Origin: Bacteroidota bacterium
Lineage (GTDB): Bacteria; Bacteroidota; Bacteroidia; J057
Direction of reading: 5' to 3'
Length of the DNA: 64,000 nucleotides
Assembly (NCBI GenBank): GCA_039817415.1
Contig: JBCBVV010000006.1
Coordinates: 19,065-83,064, forward strand
Shown here in pieces: positions 49,843 through 60,920 of the stretch. The notes under the pieces are model-generated. The model was not told the DNA's origin and ran no database searches. It saw nothing but the letters and a program-made list of their open reading frames with translations. Position numbers and translations under genes: made by a program. How positions within the stretch are numbered: the stretch's first letter is position 1; each line of letters opens with the position of its first letter.

Positions 49843-50061
49843 CTACTTGTATCGGTATACTATACGTCCTTTACTCAAGTCGTATGGGGGGATCTCCAAT
49901 GCTACGCGGTCTCCTGGTAGAATTTTAATGTAGTGCATTCTCATTTTACCAGCAATATGCGCAAGCAATTCGTGTCCGTTTTCCAATTTTACACGGAAGG
50001 TAGCGTTAGGCAATGCTTCAACTACGGTTCCGTCTACTTTAATAGGGGCTTGTTTTGCCAA
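49843..50061 (-). CDS. infA: Translation initiation factor IF-1
   Basis: The S1-like sequence [43 protein letters not shown] is present. Confidence 0.98.
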   Translation of the reverse strand: MAKQAPIKVDGTVVEALPNATFRVKLENGHELLAHIAGKMRMHYIKILPGDRVALEIPPYDLSKGRIVYRYK

Positions 50062-50073
50062 AATTTATCTCGA

Positions 50074-50871
50074 TTAATTTTCAATAAATTCAAAGGTTGA
50101 TAGAATCTCCGCTTTTCCTTTTCTCACAACCACACAGTGCTCGTAATGCGCAGAAGGTAATCTATCTGTTGCATACACTGTCCATCCGTCTGCGGCCACC
50201 TTGATTCCTCTTTTCCCCATGTTAATCATAGGTTCAATTGCAATCACCAATCCTTCGGGCAACTTCATTCCGGATCTTCTTCTCCCGTAATTGGGTACTT
50301 CCGGTGGCTCATGGAGATTCTCTCCCAAACCATGCCCTACCATCTCTTTGACCACACTGTATCCATATTGCTCAGCATGCTTTTGAACAGCGTAGGAAAT
50401 CTCTCCTAATCTGTTTCCAGCTACCGCTTTCTCAATTCCTTTATAAAGCGACTCCTTTGTCACTGTCATCAGGCGTTGAACTTTCGAAGAAATCTCCCCT
50501 ACCGGAAAGGTATAAGCAGAATCTCCGTAGTAGCCGTTCATTAACACACCGCAATCGATCGAAATGATCTCACCTTCTCTCAGCTCCCTTTTAGGCGAAG
50601 GCATCCCGTGGACTACTTCTTCATTAACTGAAGTACATAGTGTATAGGGGAAGGGGGAATCTCCAAAGCTTGGGGCATAATCTTTGAAACCAGGTATCGC
50701 ACCATGATCTCTGATAAACTCCTCTGCGATTGTATCCAGTTTGTGTGTCGTTACACCTGGAACAATGTGCTTTTTCAATTCTCCTAATGTCTTGCCTACC
50801 AGCAAAGAACTCTGACGGATCAAATCAATCTCCTCTTCCGTCTTGATAATGACTTTGTCTTTAAGCGACAT
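50074..50871 (-). CDS. map: Type I methionine aminopeptidase
   Basis: Metal ligand motifs are present: ISIDCG, YYGDSAYTF, VGHGLG and AIEPM. The protein is 265 aa. Confidence 0.96.
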   Translation of the reverse strand: MSLKDKVIIKTEEEIDLIRQSSLLVGKTLGELKKHIVPGVTTHKLDTIAEEFIRDHGAIPGFKDYAPSFGDSPFPYTLCTSVNEEVVHGMPSPKRELREGEIISIDCGVLMNGYYGDSAYTFPVGEISSKVQRLMTVTKESLYKGIEKAVAGNRLGEISYAVQKHAEQYGYSVVKEMVGHGLGENLHEPPEVPNYGRRRSGMKLPEGLVIAIEPMINMGKRGIKVAADGWTVYATDRLPSAHYEHCVVVRKGKAEILSTFEFIEN

Positions 50872-50874
50872 AAG

Positions 50875-52206
50875 TTATACGGCTATTCCGCTTCTGTTAC
50901 GGGTTACTTTTCCTGTTCCCATCAAACCATCGTAATGACGGTTAAGCAGATAGCTATTTATTTGTTGGAGGGTGTCCAAAACAACCCCAATCATAATCAA
51001 CAAACTGGTTCCTCCATAAAACTGTGCGAACGAAGATGAAACTCCAAGTACACCTGCGATGGCAGGGAAGATCGCAACAAATGCTAGGAAAATAGAACCG
51101 GGTAGTGTGATTCTCGAAAGAATCATATCAATGTAATCGGCAGTCTTTTTTCCAGGTTTTACCCCCGGAATGAACCCACCATTCCTTTTCAATTGATCTG
51201 CCATTTGATTTGGCTGGATCATGATCGCTGTATAAAAATAGGTAAAGATGACAATCATCAAGAAAAAGATGAAGTTGTACCAGAACCCATTGTAATCACT
51301 CAACGCTGCGATGACACCAGATGGCGCACTGTCTCCTGCAAAATTCAACAGTGTTACTGGTAAGAACATAATCGCCTGGGCGAAGATGATAGGCATCACA
51401 CCTGCAGAGTTTACTTTCAGTGGAATGTATTGTCTAGAAGCAGTTCCTCTCCCCATTTGCTGATAGCGGCTAGTAGCCATCTGGCGTGCATAGTGGATAG
51501 GAATTTTTCTGGTGGCCTGAGTCAAAGCGACTACTGCTATGGTTACCAATCCAAGAGCCAAGATTTCAATAAAGAAGATCATAGGTAGCTTGGAGTTGAA
51601 CTCCTGCAGAAGGGCTGATGGAAGTGCAGCGATAATACCAATGGTGATCAAAAGAGATACACCGTTACCAATACCGTTATCCGTAATTCTTTCTCCCAAC
51701 CAGACTAGGAACATCGTCCCTGCTGTTACCAGAATAATTGTGCTTATCCAGAAGAAAGCGCCTGTATCAGAAATAGCTGATGCATATTGCCCTTTCAGAT
51801 AGTACACGTAAGAGATAGCCTGAACGAAAGTTACTGCAACTGTCAAATAACGTGTGATTTGGTTCATCTTCTTTTGCCCACTTTCTCCTTCCATTCTCAA
51901 TTTCTGGATAGAAGGAACAATCGCACCCAACAACTGCACAACGATAGATGCAGAGATATAAGGCATGATCCCCAAGGCGAATACCGCTCCACGAGCAAAT
52001 GCTCCACCGAGGAAGGTGTTGAAAAAGTCGAGAAGACCTCCTGAATTGCTATTAAAGCTTTGCTGGAGGATATTCGAGTCGATTCCTGGTAGGATAACGA
52101 ATGTTCCTAGGCGGAATACAGCTAAGAGAAGAAAGGTGTAAAGGATTCTATCTCTTAGTTCCTCGATCTTAAAGATGTTCCGTAATGTTTGGATAAACTC
52201 TTTCAT
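50875..52206 (-). CDS. secY: Preprotein translocase subunit SecY
   Basis: A 10-TM protein with LGIMPYISASIVVQLL and GGFIPGVKPGKKTADYI. Confidence 0.98.
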   Translation of the reverse strand: MKEFIQTLRNIFKIEELRDRILYTFLLLAVFRLGTFVILPGIDSNILQQSFNSNSGGLLDFFNTFLGGAFARGAVFALGIMPYISASIVVQLLGAIVPSIQKLRMEGESGQKKMNQITRYLTVAVTFVQAISYVYYLKGQYASAISDTGAFFWISTIILVTAGTMFLVWLGERITDNGIGNGVSLLITIGIIAALPSALLQEFNSKLPMIFFIEILALGLVTIAVVALTQATRKIPIHYARQMATSRYQQMGRGTASRQYIPLKVNSAGVMPIIFAQAIMFLPVTLLNFAGDSAPSGVIAALSDYNGFWYNFIFFLMIVIFTYFYTAIMIQPNQMADQLKRNGGFIPGVKPGKKTADYIDMILSRITLPGSIFLAFVAIFPAIAGVLGVSSSFAQFYGGTSLLIMIGVVLDTLQQINSYLLNRHYDGLMGTGKVTRNRSGIAV

Positions 52207-52211
52207 TTAGA

Positions 52212-52718
52212 CTAGGCTTCTTTGGCTTCTCCTTCGTCAGATTCGGCCGTCACAATATTACCGTACTTATCAACAGAAGTTACAGTTCCCCCGCATGCTT
52301 CAATTGCTGAAGTCGCAGATTTGCTGAATTTATTCAGCTTGACATCTACTTTTGTCTTCAGCTCCCCTCTACCCAACACTTTCACCAACTTTCTGGTGGA
52401 AGAAATGATACCATGGTCTTTTAGGTACTCATGGTTGATTTCATCGGCTGGGTATTTTTCCAACAGCTCTTGAATGGTATCCAAGTTTACTACTTCATAC
52501 TCAACGCGGTTGATATTTTTGAAGCCGTACTTAGGAACCCTTCTGTAAAGTGGCATCTGACCACCTTCGAACCATGGGCGATATTTGTATCCACTTCTGG
52601 ACTGAGCACCTTTGTGTCCTTTTGTGGAAGTACCTCCTCTACCAGAACCTGTTCCGCGTCCAATACGCTTTCTGGTCTTAGTCGCTCCAGTTGCTGGTTT
52701 TAATGTATGGAGTTTCAT
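52212..52718 (-). CDS. rplO: 50S ribosomal protein L15 (with an acidic C-terminal tail of about 20 aa)
   Basis: RIGRGTGSGRGGTSTKGHKGAQSRSG and FEGGQMPLYRRVPK are present. Confidence 0.97.
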   Translation of the reverse strand: MKLHTLKPATGATKTRKRIGRGTGSGRGGTSTKGHKGAQSRSGYKYRPWFEGGQMPLYRRVPKYGFKNINRVEYEVVNLDTIQELLEKYPADEINHEYLKDHGIISSTRKLVKVLGRGELKTKVDVKLNKFSKSATSAIEACGGTVTSVDKYGNIVTAESDEGEAKEA

Positions 52719-52723
52719 AATTC

Positions 52724-52906
52724 TTAGATCTCTTCGATTTTCACCAGGTGACTTACCTTCTTAATCATGCCAAGAATCTGAGGTGTACACTCTTTTTCAA
52801 GGCTTTGATTCATCTTTTTGAACCCCAGTGCTACCATGGTAGCTTTTTGGTCTTTGGGTCTGTTAATGACGCTTTTGACCTGGGTGATTTTTATCTTCGG
52901 GTACAT
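52724..52906 (-). CDS. rpmD: 50S ribosomal protein L30
   Basis: IKITQVKSVINRPKDQKATMVALGF is present. The protein is 60 aa. Confidence 0.95.
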   Translation of the reverse strand: MYPKIKITQVKSVINRPKDQKATMVALGFKKMNQSLEKECTPQILGMIKKVSHLVKIEEI

Positions 52907-52925
52907 GATCGTTGTCTTTTAATGC

Positions 52926-53444
52926 TTAACCTTTAAATACCTTGGACAACGGAACCGTTCTACGCTTGGCCACAGAGTGAGGCATATTCATCAGAGCAAG
53001 TGCTTTGATGGTAGCTTTCACTACGTTGTGTGGGTTAGAAGAACCGAGGTTTTTCCCGATTACGTCCTTAACACCTGCTGCTTCCAGAACGGCACGCATT
53101 GCACCACCTGCTAGTACACCAGTACCAGGAGCGGCTGGCTTAAGAAGGATTCTGGCTGCATTGTATTTGGTTCTAGTTTCATGTGGAATAGTATTATTCA
53201 GCACACCAACCTTTACCAAATTCTTTTTCGCATCATCAATGCCTTTCGCAATTGCATCGGTAACCTCATTGGCTTTTCCTAAACCGTAGCCTACGATTCC
53301 TTTCCCGTCACCTACAACCACAATGGCGCTGAAGCTGAATCGACGTCCACCTTTCACTACCTTGGCGTTACGGTTGATTTTCACAACCTTCTCCTGCAGT
53401 TCGACGTCGCTGCTTTTAACTCTTAATTCGTTAGGTAAATCCAT
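52926..53444 (-). CDS. rpsE: 30S ribosomal protein S5
   Basis: [35 protein letters not shown] is present. Confidence 0.98.
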   Translation of the reverse strand: MDLPNELRVKSSDVELQEKVVKINRNAKVVKGGRRFSFSAIVVVGDGKGIVGYGLGKANEVTDAIAKGIDDAKKNLVKVGVLNNTIPHETRTKYNAARILLKPAAPGTGVLAGGAMRAVLEAAGVKDVIGKNLGSSNPHNVVKATIKALALMNMPHSVAKRRTVPLSKVFKG

Positions 53445-53450
53445 AGTGAT

Positions 53451-53810
53451 TTAGAATTTGAGGCCGCTTTCACGTGCACCCTCAGCCAATGCTTTTACTC
53501 TTCCGTGGTATTTGAAGCCACCCCTGTCAAAAACGACCGTCTCAATTCCTTTGGCTTTGGCCAGTTCACCCAGCTTTTTGCCAACTTCGCGGCTAGCATC
53601 GGTTTTTGAAAGGGACTGCAAATTTAATTCTTTATGTTGAGAAGAACAACTTGCTAGTGTGCGTCCTTCTACATCATCAATAATCTGTGCGTAGATCTGC
53701 TTGTTAGAGCGGAAAACTGCCAGACGAGGGATCTCGTTGTTTCCTGCAATTTTCTGACGCAAACGTCTACGGATTCGTGCTCTTCTGAGCACTTTTTTTG
53801 CTGTTGCCAT
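53451..53810 (-). CDS. rplR: 50S ribosomal protein L18
   Basis: The start is at Met22 of the listed ORF ([16 protein letters not shown]...). [18 protein letters not shown] and [21 protein letters not shown] are present. Confidence 0.96.
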   Translation of the reverse strand: MATAKKVLRRARIRRRLRQKIAGNNEIPRLAVFRSNKQIYAQIIDDVEGRTLASCSSQHKELNLQSLSKTDASREVGKKLGELAKAKGIETVVFDRGGFKYHGRVKALAEGARESGLKF

Positions 53811-53879
53811 TGTATTTAGGTTGAATGTCCGTGCTGCAGCGAAGCGAACTTCGGGATCATACACGGAGTCCAAAAATGA

Positions 53880-54437
53880 TTATTTCTTACCAGCTGCTTT
53901 ACCTTCCTTACGGCGGATCTGCTCTCCCTGGAACCTAACACCTTTACCTTTGTAGGGCTCTGGTGGTCTAAAGGAGCGGATTTTCGCAGCGATCTGTCCG
54001 ATCAATTGCTTATCGTGGCTCTGAAGCGTAAGGATAGGTGGCTTACCACGTTCCATTTTTGCTTCTGCCTTGATTTCAGGAGGAAGGGCCATGACGATAG
54101 GGTGAGAAAAACCTAGTGTCAGTTCCAATAGGCTACCCTTTACCTCCGCCTTGTAACCTACCCCGATGATTTCCATAACGATGGTATATCCTTCAGACAC
54201 ACCGACGACCATGTTATTGATCAGGGTTCTATACAATCCGTGCATGGCTTTGTGACGCTTCTGGTCTGAAGGACGATCCACTTGAATCTGTCCATCTTCC
54301 AGCTTCACCAGCATGTCTGGATCTACTTTTTGAATCAATTCTCCCTTGGGGCCTTTCACCTTTACGGTGTTGTCCTTTTCGATGGTGATGTTAACACCAG
54401 AAGGAACGGCTATGGGAAGTTTTCCTATTCTAGACAT
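53880..54437 (-). CDS. rplF: 50S ribosomal protein L6
   Basis: MSRIGKLPIAVPSGV and EPYKGKGVRF are present. Confidence 0.98.
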   Translation of the reverse strand: MSRIGKLPIAVPSGVNITIEKDNTVKVKGPKGELIQKVDPDMLVKLEDGQIQVDRPSDQKRHKAMHGLYRTLINNMVVGVSEGYTIVMEIIGVGYKAEVKGSLLELTLGFSHPIVMALPPEIKAEAKMERGKPPILTLQSHDKQLIGQIAAKIRSFRPPEPYKGKGVRFQGEQIRRKEGKAAGKK

Positions 54438-54449
54438 GAATTGATAATC

Positions 54450-54848
54450 TTAGAAAACGTAACAAAGTACTTCACCACCTACGTTGTTAGCTCTGGCATT
54501 TTTACCAGTCATAACTCCCATGGGAGTGGACAGGATAGCAACACCCAATCCGTTTTTCACTCTTGGCATCTGATTTACCTTCGCGTATTTACGAAGACCA
54601 GGCTTAGATACTCTAACAATCGTATCGATGGCTGGTTTCTTGGAAACCTTGTCGTATTTCAGGGCTATCTTAATCGTTCCCTGTGGTCCTTCTTCAAGGA
54701 ATTTGAACTTCCTGATGAACCCTTGTTCGTGCAGCACACGGGTAATCTCCTTCTTCAGGTTAGAAGCCGGGATATCTATCACCTTCTTGCCTGCTGCCTG
54801 GCCGTTTCTGATTCGTGTCAGATAATCTGCTATAGGATCTGTATACAT
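54450..54848 (-). CDS. rpsH: 30S ribosomal protein S8
   Basis: MYTDPIADYLTRIRNG and GGEVLCYVF are present. Confidence 0.98.
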   Translation of the reverse strand: MYTDPIADYLTRIRNGQAAGKKVIDIPASNLKKEITRVLHEQGFIRKFKFLEEGPQGTIKIALKYDKVSKKPAIDTIVRVSKPGLRKYAKVNQMPRVKNGLGVAILSTPMGVMTGKNARANNVGGEVLCYVF

Positions 54849-54849
54849 A

Positions 54850-55119
54850 TCACCAACTTGCTTTCTTTACACCTGGGATTTTACCTTCTAGGGCTAGGTC
54901 CCTGAACTTGATACGTGAAATTCCGAACTTTCTGATGTATCCTCTTGGACGTCCGGTTAGTTTACAACGATTGTGTAGTCTAACGGGGGAGGAGTTTCTA
55001 GGAAGCAACGCCAGAGCCTGGTAGTCACCTTCTTCCTTCAGCTTACGACGCTTTTCAGCGTACTTGGCTACAAGGCGTTCACGTTTTTGCTGACGAGCAA
55101 CCGCACTTTTTCTTGCCAT
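54850..55119 (-). CDS. rpsN: 30S ribosomal protein S14 (long form without zinc site)
   Basis: [27 protein letters not shown] is present. The protein is 89 aa and has no CxxC pairs. Confidence 0.97.
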   Translation of the reverse strand: MARKSAVARQQKRERLVAKYAEKRRKLKEEGDYQALALLPRNSSPVRLHNRCKLTGRPRGYIRKFGISRIKFRDLALEGKIPGVKKASW

Positions 55120-55121
55120 AA

Positions 55122-55688
55122 TTATGCTACCTTTTTATTTCTGCCTTGGAAGGGCATACCAAACAAAGCGAGTAATTCCAGTGATTCTTCGTCCGTGGGA
55201 GCGTTGGTAACGAAAGTGATATTCATCCCAGCGATTTTGTTGATCTTGTCTACATTAATCTCAGGGAAGATAATCTGCTCTTTGATACCCATGTTGAAGT
55301 TACCTTTGCCATCAAATCCTTTCTGAGGAAGTCCGCGGAAGTCGCGTACACGTGGAAGGGCAACGTTGATGAAGCGATCCAGAAATTCGTACATTCTGTC
55401 TCCTCTCAGGGTAACCATTACTCCGATAGGCATTTCTTCACGAAGTTTGAAGTTCGAGATTGACTTCTTAGACTTCGTAATCAGTGGCTTCTGACCAGAG
55501 ATGGTGGCCATTTGCTCAACGGCGGCATCGACAAGCTTCTTATCAGAGACAGCGTCACCAATACCTCTATTTAGAACGATTTTTTCCAGTTCAGGAATCT
55601 GCATGTCGGATTTGTAGTTGAACTTGTCCTTCAGCTGTTTCCTGATTTCGTCCTTGTATTTTGTTCTTAGTCTTGGAGTATAATCCAT
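55122..55688 (-). CDS. rplE: 50S ribosomal protein L5
   Basis: [33 protein letters not shown] is present. Confidence 0.98.
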   Translation of the reverse strand: MDYTPRLRTKYKDEIRKQLKDKFNYKSDMQIPELEKIVLNRGIGDAVSDKKLVDAAVEQMATISGQKPLITKSKKSISNFKLREEMPIGVMVTLRGDRMYEFLDRFINVALPRVRDFRGLPQKGFDGKGNFNMGIKEQIIFPEINVDKINKIAGMNITFVTNAPTDEESLELLALFGMPFQGRNKKVA

Positions 55689-55698
55689 GATTCTTAGC

Positions 55699-56025
55699 TT
55701 ATTCGATTAGTTCTCCGCTTTTCTTTGAATACCTTACCCAGCCTTTTCCTTCTTCGTTCTTCTTCCTTCCTACTCTAGTAGGCTGCTTGGTAGTGGGGTC
55801 AATCAACATTAGATTCGACAAGTGAATGGGTGCTTCGGTTTCGATGATACCTCCTTCTGGATTTGCCTGATTGGGCTTGGTATGCTTATGAACGATGCGC
55901 ACGCCTTCAACGATTGCCTTATTTTCTTTGGGTAACATGACCATCACGCGTCCTTCTGCGCCTCTGTCTTTTCCAGACAGAACTCTGACCATGTCTCCTT
56001 TTTTGATGTGAAATTTCTTTGCCAT
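55699..56025 (-). CDS. rplX: 50S ribosomal protein L24
   Basis: The KOW motif [21 protein letters not shown] is present. Confidence 0.97.
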   Translation of the reverse strand: MAKKFHIKKGDMVRVLSGKDRGAEGRVMVMLPKENKAIVEGVRIVHKHTKPNQANPEGGIIETEAPIHLSNLMLIDPTTKQPTRVGRKKNEEGKGWVRYSKKSGELIE

Positions 56026-56037
56026 TTCTTGTCAGAT

Positions 56038-56406
56038 TTACAGCACCTCGGGCGCTAGAGAAACAATTTTCATGTAACCTTTTTCTCTTAACTCACGCGC
56101 CACTGGACCAAAGATACGAGTAGCTCTAGGCTCTCCTTCGGGATTGATCAAAACGGCTGCATTGTCATCGAATCTAATGTATGAACCATCGTTGCGGCGT
56201 CCCTCTTTGCGGGTTCTAACGACTACAGCTCTTACAACATCTCCTTTTTTGACATTGGAGGATGGATCGCAGGACTTTACAGATGCGATGATGCGGTCAC
56301 CAATTCGCGCGTATCTCTTTTTCGTTCCCCCCAACACACGGATACATAGGATTTCCTTGGCTCCGCTATTATCCGCAACTCTTAATCTACTCTCCTGTTG
56401 AATCAT
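56038..56406 (-). CDS. rplN: 50S ribosomal protein L14
   Basis: [27 protein letters not shown] is present. Confidence 0.98.
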   Translation of the reverse strand: MIQQESRLRVADNSGAKEILCIRVLGGTKKRYARIGDRIIASVKSCDPSSNVKKGDVVRAVVVRTRKEGRRNDGSYIRFDDNAAVLINPEGEPRATRIFGPVARELREKGYMKIVSLAPEVL

Positions 56407-56516
56407 GATTAAATATTTAAAGGGTTAAGGGTTATTGGCTATTCCACCATGTGGCCAGAACGCCAACACTTACTAGACCAACATAAGACAGGGACCCGAG
56501 GGTATGTCCTAAATTC

Positions 56517-56789
56517 TTATTTCGCTTTTTCTACGATTTCAAGTAGTCTCCAGCGCTTGTTTTTGCTTAGTGGTCGGGTCTCCATGATACGTACTGTATC
56601 ACCAATACCTACTTCGTTGTTCTCGTCGTGAACCATGAACTTGCTTGTCTTCTTCACGAACTTTCCATATACAGGGTGTTTTACCCTTCTTTCTACCAGC
56701 ACGGTGATAGTTTTATCCATCTTGTTGCTGACTACACGACCCTGGCGAACCTTGCGCAGGTTACGTACTACTTTAGCTTCTTCACTCAT
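56517..56789 (-). CDS. rpsQ: 30S ribosomal protein S17
   Basis: [27 protein letters not shown] is present. Confidence 0.97.
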   Translation of the reverse strand: MSEEAKVVRNLRKVRQGRVVSNKMDKTITVLVERRVKHPVYGKFVKKTSKFMVHDENNEVGIGDTVRIMETRPLSKNKRWRLLEIVEKAK

Positions 56790-57004
56790 GATTCAGCTTC
56801 ATTTGTTGTTGATTCTGCCTTTTGTCTCTCCGTAAGGATCGTTTTCAATCGGGCAATAGTCTTTTTAGCTTCTCTGATTTCAGATGGATTTTCCACTGCA
56901 GAGATCGCGTGATTCAATCTTACCTTTAGCAAAGATTCCTCTTCTGCTACGATTCTGGCTTGAATCTCCTCGTTGTTGAGTTCTCTAATATCCTTGGGCC
57001 TCAT
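56786..57004 (-). CDS. rpmC: 50S ribosomal protein L29
   Basis: An L29-like helical sequence ([14 protein letters not shown]) in the expected position. It overlaps rpsQ by 4 nt. Confidence 0.93.
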   Translation of the reverse strand: MRPKDIRELNNEEIQARIVAEEESLLKVRLNHAISAVENPSEIREAKKTIARLKTILTERQKAESTTNEAES

Positions 57005-57010
57005 TTCTGA

Positions 57011-57433
57011 TTAAGCTTGCTGCAGATCTCTGCGTACGACGAATTTTGTTTTTCCAGATAGCTTGTTAGCAGCCAATCTTAGTGCTTCACGCGCTACCTC
57101 TTCAGGTACACCATCAACTTCAAAGATGATTCTTCCAGGCTTCACAGGGGCAGCCCAATATTCGGGGTTACCCTTACCTTTACCCATACGTACCTCAGCA
57201 GGCTTTTTCGTGATGGGTTTGTCGGGGAAAACTCTGATCCAAATCTGACCTTCCCTTTTCATAGCCCTTGAGATGGTGATACGGCAGGCTTCAATCTGGC
57301 GGGAAGTAATGAACCCGTTCTCCAGCACTTTCAGAGCATATGAGCCAAAGGAAATTTGAGATCCTCTATGCGCAATGCCTTTGATCCGGCCTTTCTGTAC
57401 CTTTCTCCTTTTTACTTTTCTAGGCTGTAACAT
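57011..57433 (-). CDS. rplP: 50S ribosomal protein L16
   Basis: [16 protein letters not shown] and [12 protein letters not shown] are present. Confidence 0.98.
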   Translation of the reverse strand: MLQPRKVKRRKVQKGRIKGIAHRGSQISFGSYALKVLENGFITSRQIEACRITISRAMKREGQIWIRVFPDKPITKKPAEVRMGKGKGNPEYWAAPVKPGRIIFEVDGVPEEVAREALRLAANKLSGKTKFVVRRDLQQA

Positions 57434-57501
57434 AATTTCTTCGAATTATAGAGGACGATATCATGTGATCATTTCCTCAGATTCAAGCCAAAAACAGCTG
57501 A

Positions 57502-58203
57502 TTATTTTTTGTTGTTTCTTCTCTTACCTCTTCCACCTTTGTTGCGATCAGAAGCAACACTTGGGGACAGGTCTACCTTACCGAAGATCTCTTTCTTGAA
57601 GATCCAGACCTTCACTCCGATCACACCATAAATAGTGTGTGCCTCAACGAGTGCATAATCAATGTCTGCACGAAGTGTCTGCAATGGAATTCTACCATTT
57701 TTATACTGCTCCGTACGCGCCATTTCTGCACCACCCAGACGACCAGAACACATGATTTTGATTCCCTGAGCTCCTGCACGCATGGATCCTGAGATAGCCT
57801 GCTTCATCGCACGACGGAAAGAAACACGTCCTTCCAACTGCTGTGCAACTTGCTGTCCTACCAGGCGAGCATCCAGTTCGGGGCGCTTGATTTCGAAGAT
57901 GTTGATCTGAACATCTTTGCCGGTAATTTTCTTGATCTCCTCACGCAGCTTATCAACTTCCTTACCTCCTTTACCAATCACGATACCCGGACGGGAGGTG
58001 TGGATAGTAATGGTGATTTTGCGAAGGGTTCTTTCAATAACAATTTTTGAAATACCTCCTCTGTGAATACGTGCGTGTAGGTACGTACGAATCTTCTCGT
58101 CTTCTACCAGCTTGTCAGAAAAATCATTTCCACCGTACCAGTTGGATTCCCAACCCTTTACGATTCCAAGCCTAAGTCCGATTGGATGTGTCTTCTGTCC
58201 CAA
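57502..58203 (-). CDS. rpsC: 30S ribosomal protein S3
   Basis: (M)[12 protein letters not shown] and the KH domain are present. The start is a TTG at the conserved N-terminus. Confidence 0.97.
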   Translation of the reverse strand: MGQKTHPIGLRLGIVKGWESNWYGGNDFSDKLVEDEKIRTYLHARIHRGGISKIVIERTLRKITITIHTSRPGIVIGKGGKEVDKLREEIKKITGKDVQINIFEIKRPELDARLVGQQVAQQLEGRVSFRRAMKQAISGSMRAGAQGIKIMCSGRLGGAEMARTEQYKNGRIPLQTLRADIDYALVEAHTIYGVIGVKVWIFKKEIFGKVDLSPSVASDRNKGGRGKRRNNKK

Positions 58204-58221
58204 AGTCTTTATTTTTTAAGA

Positions 58222-58704
58222 TTAATCTTCATCCTCCATTTCGTCATCCTTTTCAGGAATCAGATCAATAACAAGTGAAACGTGGCAATAGCGCTTCCTA
58301 ATAAGGTGGCCTCTACCCTGTGGGGCAGGCTGTAGGCGCTTCAACATTCGTGAACCATCTACTGTTACCTCCTTGACGTAGTGTGTATCCACATCCACGC
58401 GCTCATCAAATTTCTCCTCATAGCTGGCAATGGCGGAGCGCAACAAGCGACTCACAGCTGGAGCAGCAGCTTTAGAAGTAAATTTCAATACGTTCAAAGC
58501 GTCAAATACCTCGCGTCCGCGAATTTGGCCGACTACTAAACGCATTTTTCTGGCTGTTCCGCGATAGTTGCGAAGGTGCACACGGCACTCATCAGCCTTC
58601 TTTTCTTTTAGCTCTTGTGCGTAAGCCTTCTTTCTTTTAGGAGGCTTGGGCAATCCCTGAGCTATTTTTTCTTTCCTAGTCAATTTGGTCGCTTGTTCCG
58701 CCAT
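58222..58704 (-). CDS. rplV: 50S ribosomal protein L22 (with N-terminal basic and C-terminal acidic extensions)
   Basis: The core reads HLRNYRGTARKMRLVVGQIRG...GPRMKRxxP-like (SRMLKRLQPAPQGRGHLIRKRYCHV). Confidence 0.95.
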   Translation of the reverse strand: MAEQATKLTRKEKIAQGLPKPPKRKKAYAQELKEKKADECRVHLRNYRGTARKMRLVVGQIRGREVFDALNVLKFTSKAAAPAVSRLLRSAIASYEEKFDERVDVDTHYVKEVTVDGSRMLKRLQPAPQGRGHLIRKRYCHVSLVIDLIPEKDDEMEDED

Positions 58705-58740
58705 GATCTATGGTTTTTAGGAATGGACAATGCCACCCAA

Positions 58741-59016
58741 TTATCTTCTTTTGTCTTTTTTACCTCCGTGCCCACGATAAGATCTGGTAGGCGCAAATTC
58801 TCCCAGCTTGTGTCCCACCATGTTTTCAGTGATGTAGACAGGGATAAATTTGTTTCCGTTGTGTACGGCGATGTTGTGTCCTACGAAATCAGGAGATATC
58901 ATAGATCTTCTCGCCCAGGTCTTGATCATGCGCTTCTTACCGCTATCATTCATGGCCAGTACTTTTCTCTCCAGTTTTGGATCGACAAAGGGGCCTTTTT
59001 TCAACGATCTTGCCAT
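58741..59016 (-). CDS. rpsS: 30S ribosomal protein S19
   Basis: [12 protein letters not shown] and [11 protein letters not shown] are present. Confidence 0.98.
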   Translation of the reverse strand: MARSLKKGPFVDPKLERKVLAMNDSGKKRMIKTWARRSMISPDFVGHNIAVHNGNKFIPVYITENMVGHKLGEFAPTRSYRGHGGKKDKRR

Positions 59017-59083
59017 CGTAATTCGGTTTTTCTGAGTAAATTTTTATGACTCTGCATGGGGAAGTGAACCTCCCCTTGCCTAA

Positions 59084-59911
59084 TTATCTTTTCTTCTTGC
59101 GGCTGATGATCAGACGGCTAGAATGCTTCTTCTTGGCACGTGTCTTCTTACCTTTGGCAGCCAATCCGTTTCTGTTACGAGGGATACCACCTGAAGCACG
59201 TCCTTCACCACCACCCATTGGGTGATCAACTGGGTTCATGGCTACACCTCTAACTCTAGGTCTGCGACCTTTCCAGCGCATACGTCCAGCCTTACCCAAT
59301 ACAACGTTCTGATGATCAGAGTTACCTACTGTCCCTACAGTAGCCATACACTCTGCCAATACCATTCTTGTTTCACCTGAAGGCAATCTTAGGATAGCAT
59401 ACTTTCCTTCCTTTGCAGTCAGGTTAGCGTATGTTCCTGCCCCTCTGGCCATCATTCCTCCTCTGGTTGGATAAAGCTCAATATTGTGAACAATAGTACC
59501 CAGAGGCATATTTTTAAGCTTCATTGCATTTCCAACCTTCGGCTCTACAGACTCACCAGAGATGACTGTTTGACCTACTTCGATTTTGGCTGGTGCAACG
59601 ATATAGCGCTTTTCCCCATCCTCATACTGAAGCAGTGCGATGTTAGCTGTACGGTTTGGATCGTACTCGATAGCTACCACTGTAGCAGGGATATCAAACT
59701 TATCACGCTTGAAGTCGATGATACGGTAGCGACGCTTATGTCCACCACCACGCTGGCGTACCGTCATGCGACCGACGTTGTTACGTCCACCTGATTTTTT
59801 CAGGGCAGTCGTCAAAGACTTTTCTGGCTTGGTCTTCGTGATTTCATCGAAGCGCAGCAGCTGAGTCGTTCTCTGACTGGGAGTTACCGGTTTTAGCTTA
59901 CGAACTGCCAT
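59084..59911 (-). CDS. rplB: 50S ribosomal protein L2
   Basis: GRNN.GR.T.R.RGGGHKR.YR and [18 protein letters not shown] are present. Confidence 0.98.
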   Translation of the reverse strand: MAVRKLKPVTPSQRTTQLLRFDEITKTKPEKSLTTALKKSGGRNNVGRMTVRQRGGGHKRRYRIIDFKRDKFDIPATVVAIEYDPNRTANIALLQYEDGEKRYIVAPAKIEVGQTVISGESVEPKVGNAMKLKNMPLGTIVHNIELYPTRGGMMARGAGTYANLTAKEGKYAILRLPSGETRMVLAECMATVGTVGNSDHQNVVLGKAGRMRWKGRRPRVRGVAMNPVDHPMGGGEGRASGGIPRNRNGLAAKGKKTRAKKKHSSRLIISRKKKR

Positions 59912-59982
59912 TGTATTCTTTTTATTTCTCAGTATCCCATCCCCTCATTCGGCGCTCTATTCGGGATACTTTGTTGCTAATC

Positions 59983-60276
59983 TTAAATGTGTTGATAGAA
60001 GTCGATTTCATGTCCATCCTTCAGGGTAATGATAGCCTTCTTATAGTTTGAAGACTTACCTCTGATGATGCCTTTTTTGGTGAATCGCTGACGACGCTTT
60101 CCGCGAACGATCATGGTATTGATCTGCTCAACTTCCACCTCATACATATTCTCAACAGCCTCTTTGATCTGATCTTTGGATGCTTTCAAATCCACCTCAA
60201 ACCCATACTTATTGAGGCCACGCTCTTGGAAGAGAGACGTCTTTTCTGTGATAATGGGTCGTTTCAGTACACTCAT
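59983..60276 (-). CDS. rplW: 50S ribosomal protein L23
   Basis: LKRPIITEKTS and KKAIITL are present, in the expected position. Confidence 0.96.
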   Translation of the reverse strand: MSVLKRPIITEKTSLFQERGLNKYGFEVDLKASKDQIKEAVENMYEVEVEQINTMIVRGKRRQRFTKKGIIRGKSSNYKKAIITLKDGHEIDFYQHI

Positions 60277-60280
60277 GATC

Positions 60281-60916
60281 CTAGTTGGCTAATTTATCAT
60301 TGATAGATTTCAGCGCATCCTCAGTCAATACCAGCGTATCTGCAAGCAGAATGTCGTATGTGCTGATGTCGGAAGCGTTCATGACGTTCTTTTTGGGAAT
60401 ATTTCTTCCTGAGAGGTAGATATTTTTATTATCACCTTCTACTACAAAAAGGACTTTTTTCGAGGTCAATTCGAGGGCGTTCATGATGCTCAGGAACTCT
60501 TTGGTTTTGGGAGCTTCCATAGAGAAGTTCTCCACTACACAAATTCCTTCTTCACGGGCCTTATAGGTAAGGGCGCTTTTGCGAGCGAGACTCTTTACCT
60601 TTTTATTCAATTTTGACTTGTACGTTCTGGGGCGAGGTCCAAAGATAGTACCACCACTTCTTGGGAAAAGAGGAGACTTTCTATCACCCTGACGAGCATT
60701 ACCTGTACCCTTCTGGCGGAAAGGCTTCTTATTGGTACCGCTCACTTCGCTACGCTCTTTTGATTTGGATGTACCCTGACGACGGTTTCTTTGGATGTAT
60801 TTCACATCCAGATAGATCGCATGGTCATTGGGAGTTTCCAATCCAAAGACGGAATCCGCTAACTCAGCCGTTCTTCCGGTCTTTTTTCCTTCGATGCTAA
60901 ATACTGCTACTTCCAT
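60281..60916 (-). CDS. rplD: 50S ribosomal protein L4
   Basis: GTNKKPFRQKGTGNARQGDRKSPLFPRSGGTIFGPRPR is present. Confidence 0.98.
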   Translation of the reverse strand: MEVAVFSIEGKKTGRTAELADSVFGLETPNDHAIYLDVKYIQRNRRQGTSKSKERSEVSGTNKKPFRQKGTGNARQGDRKSPLFPRSGGTIFGPRPRTYKSKLNKKVKSLARKSALTYKAREEGICVVENFSMEAPKTKEFLSIMNALELTSKKVLFVVEGDNKNIYLSGRNIPKKNVMNASDISTYDILLADTLVLTEDALKSINDKLAN

Positions 60917-60920
60917 CTTC

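Noticed and set aside
54282-54905. The 207-aa plus-strand ORF across rplF, rpsH and rpsN
   Set aside because: It is antisense to three conserved ribosomal protein genes.
56407-56516. The 110-nt gap between rpsQ and rplN as an unusual element
   Set aside because: This is the classical S10/spc operon junction, where an internal promoter is expected. I found only weak 4-bp hairpins.
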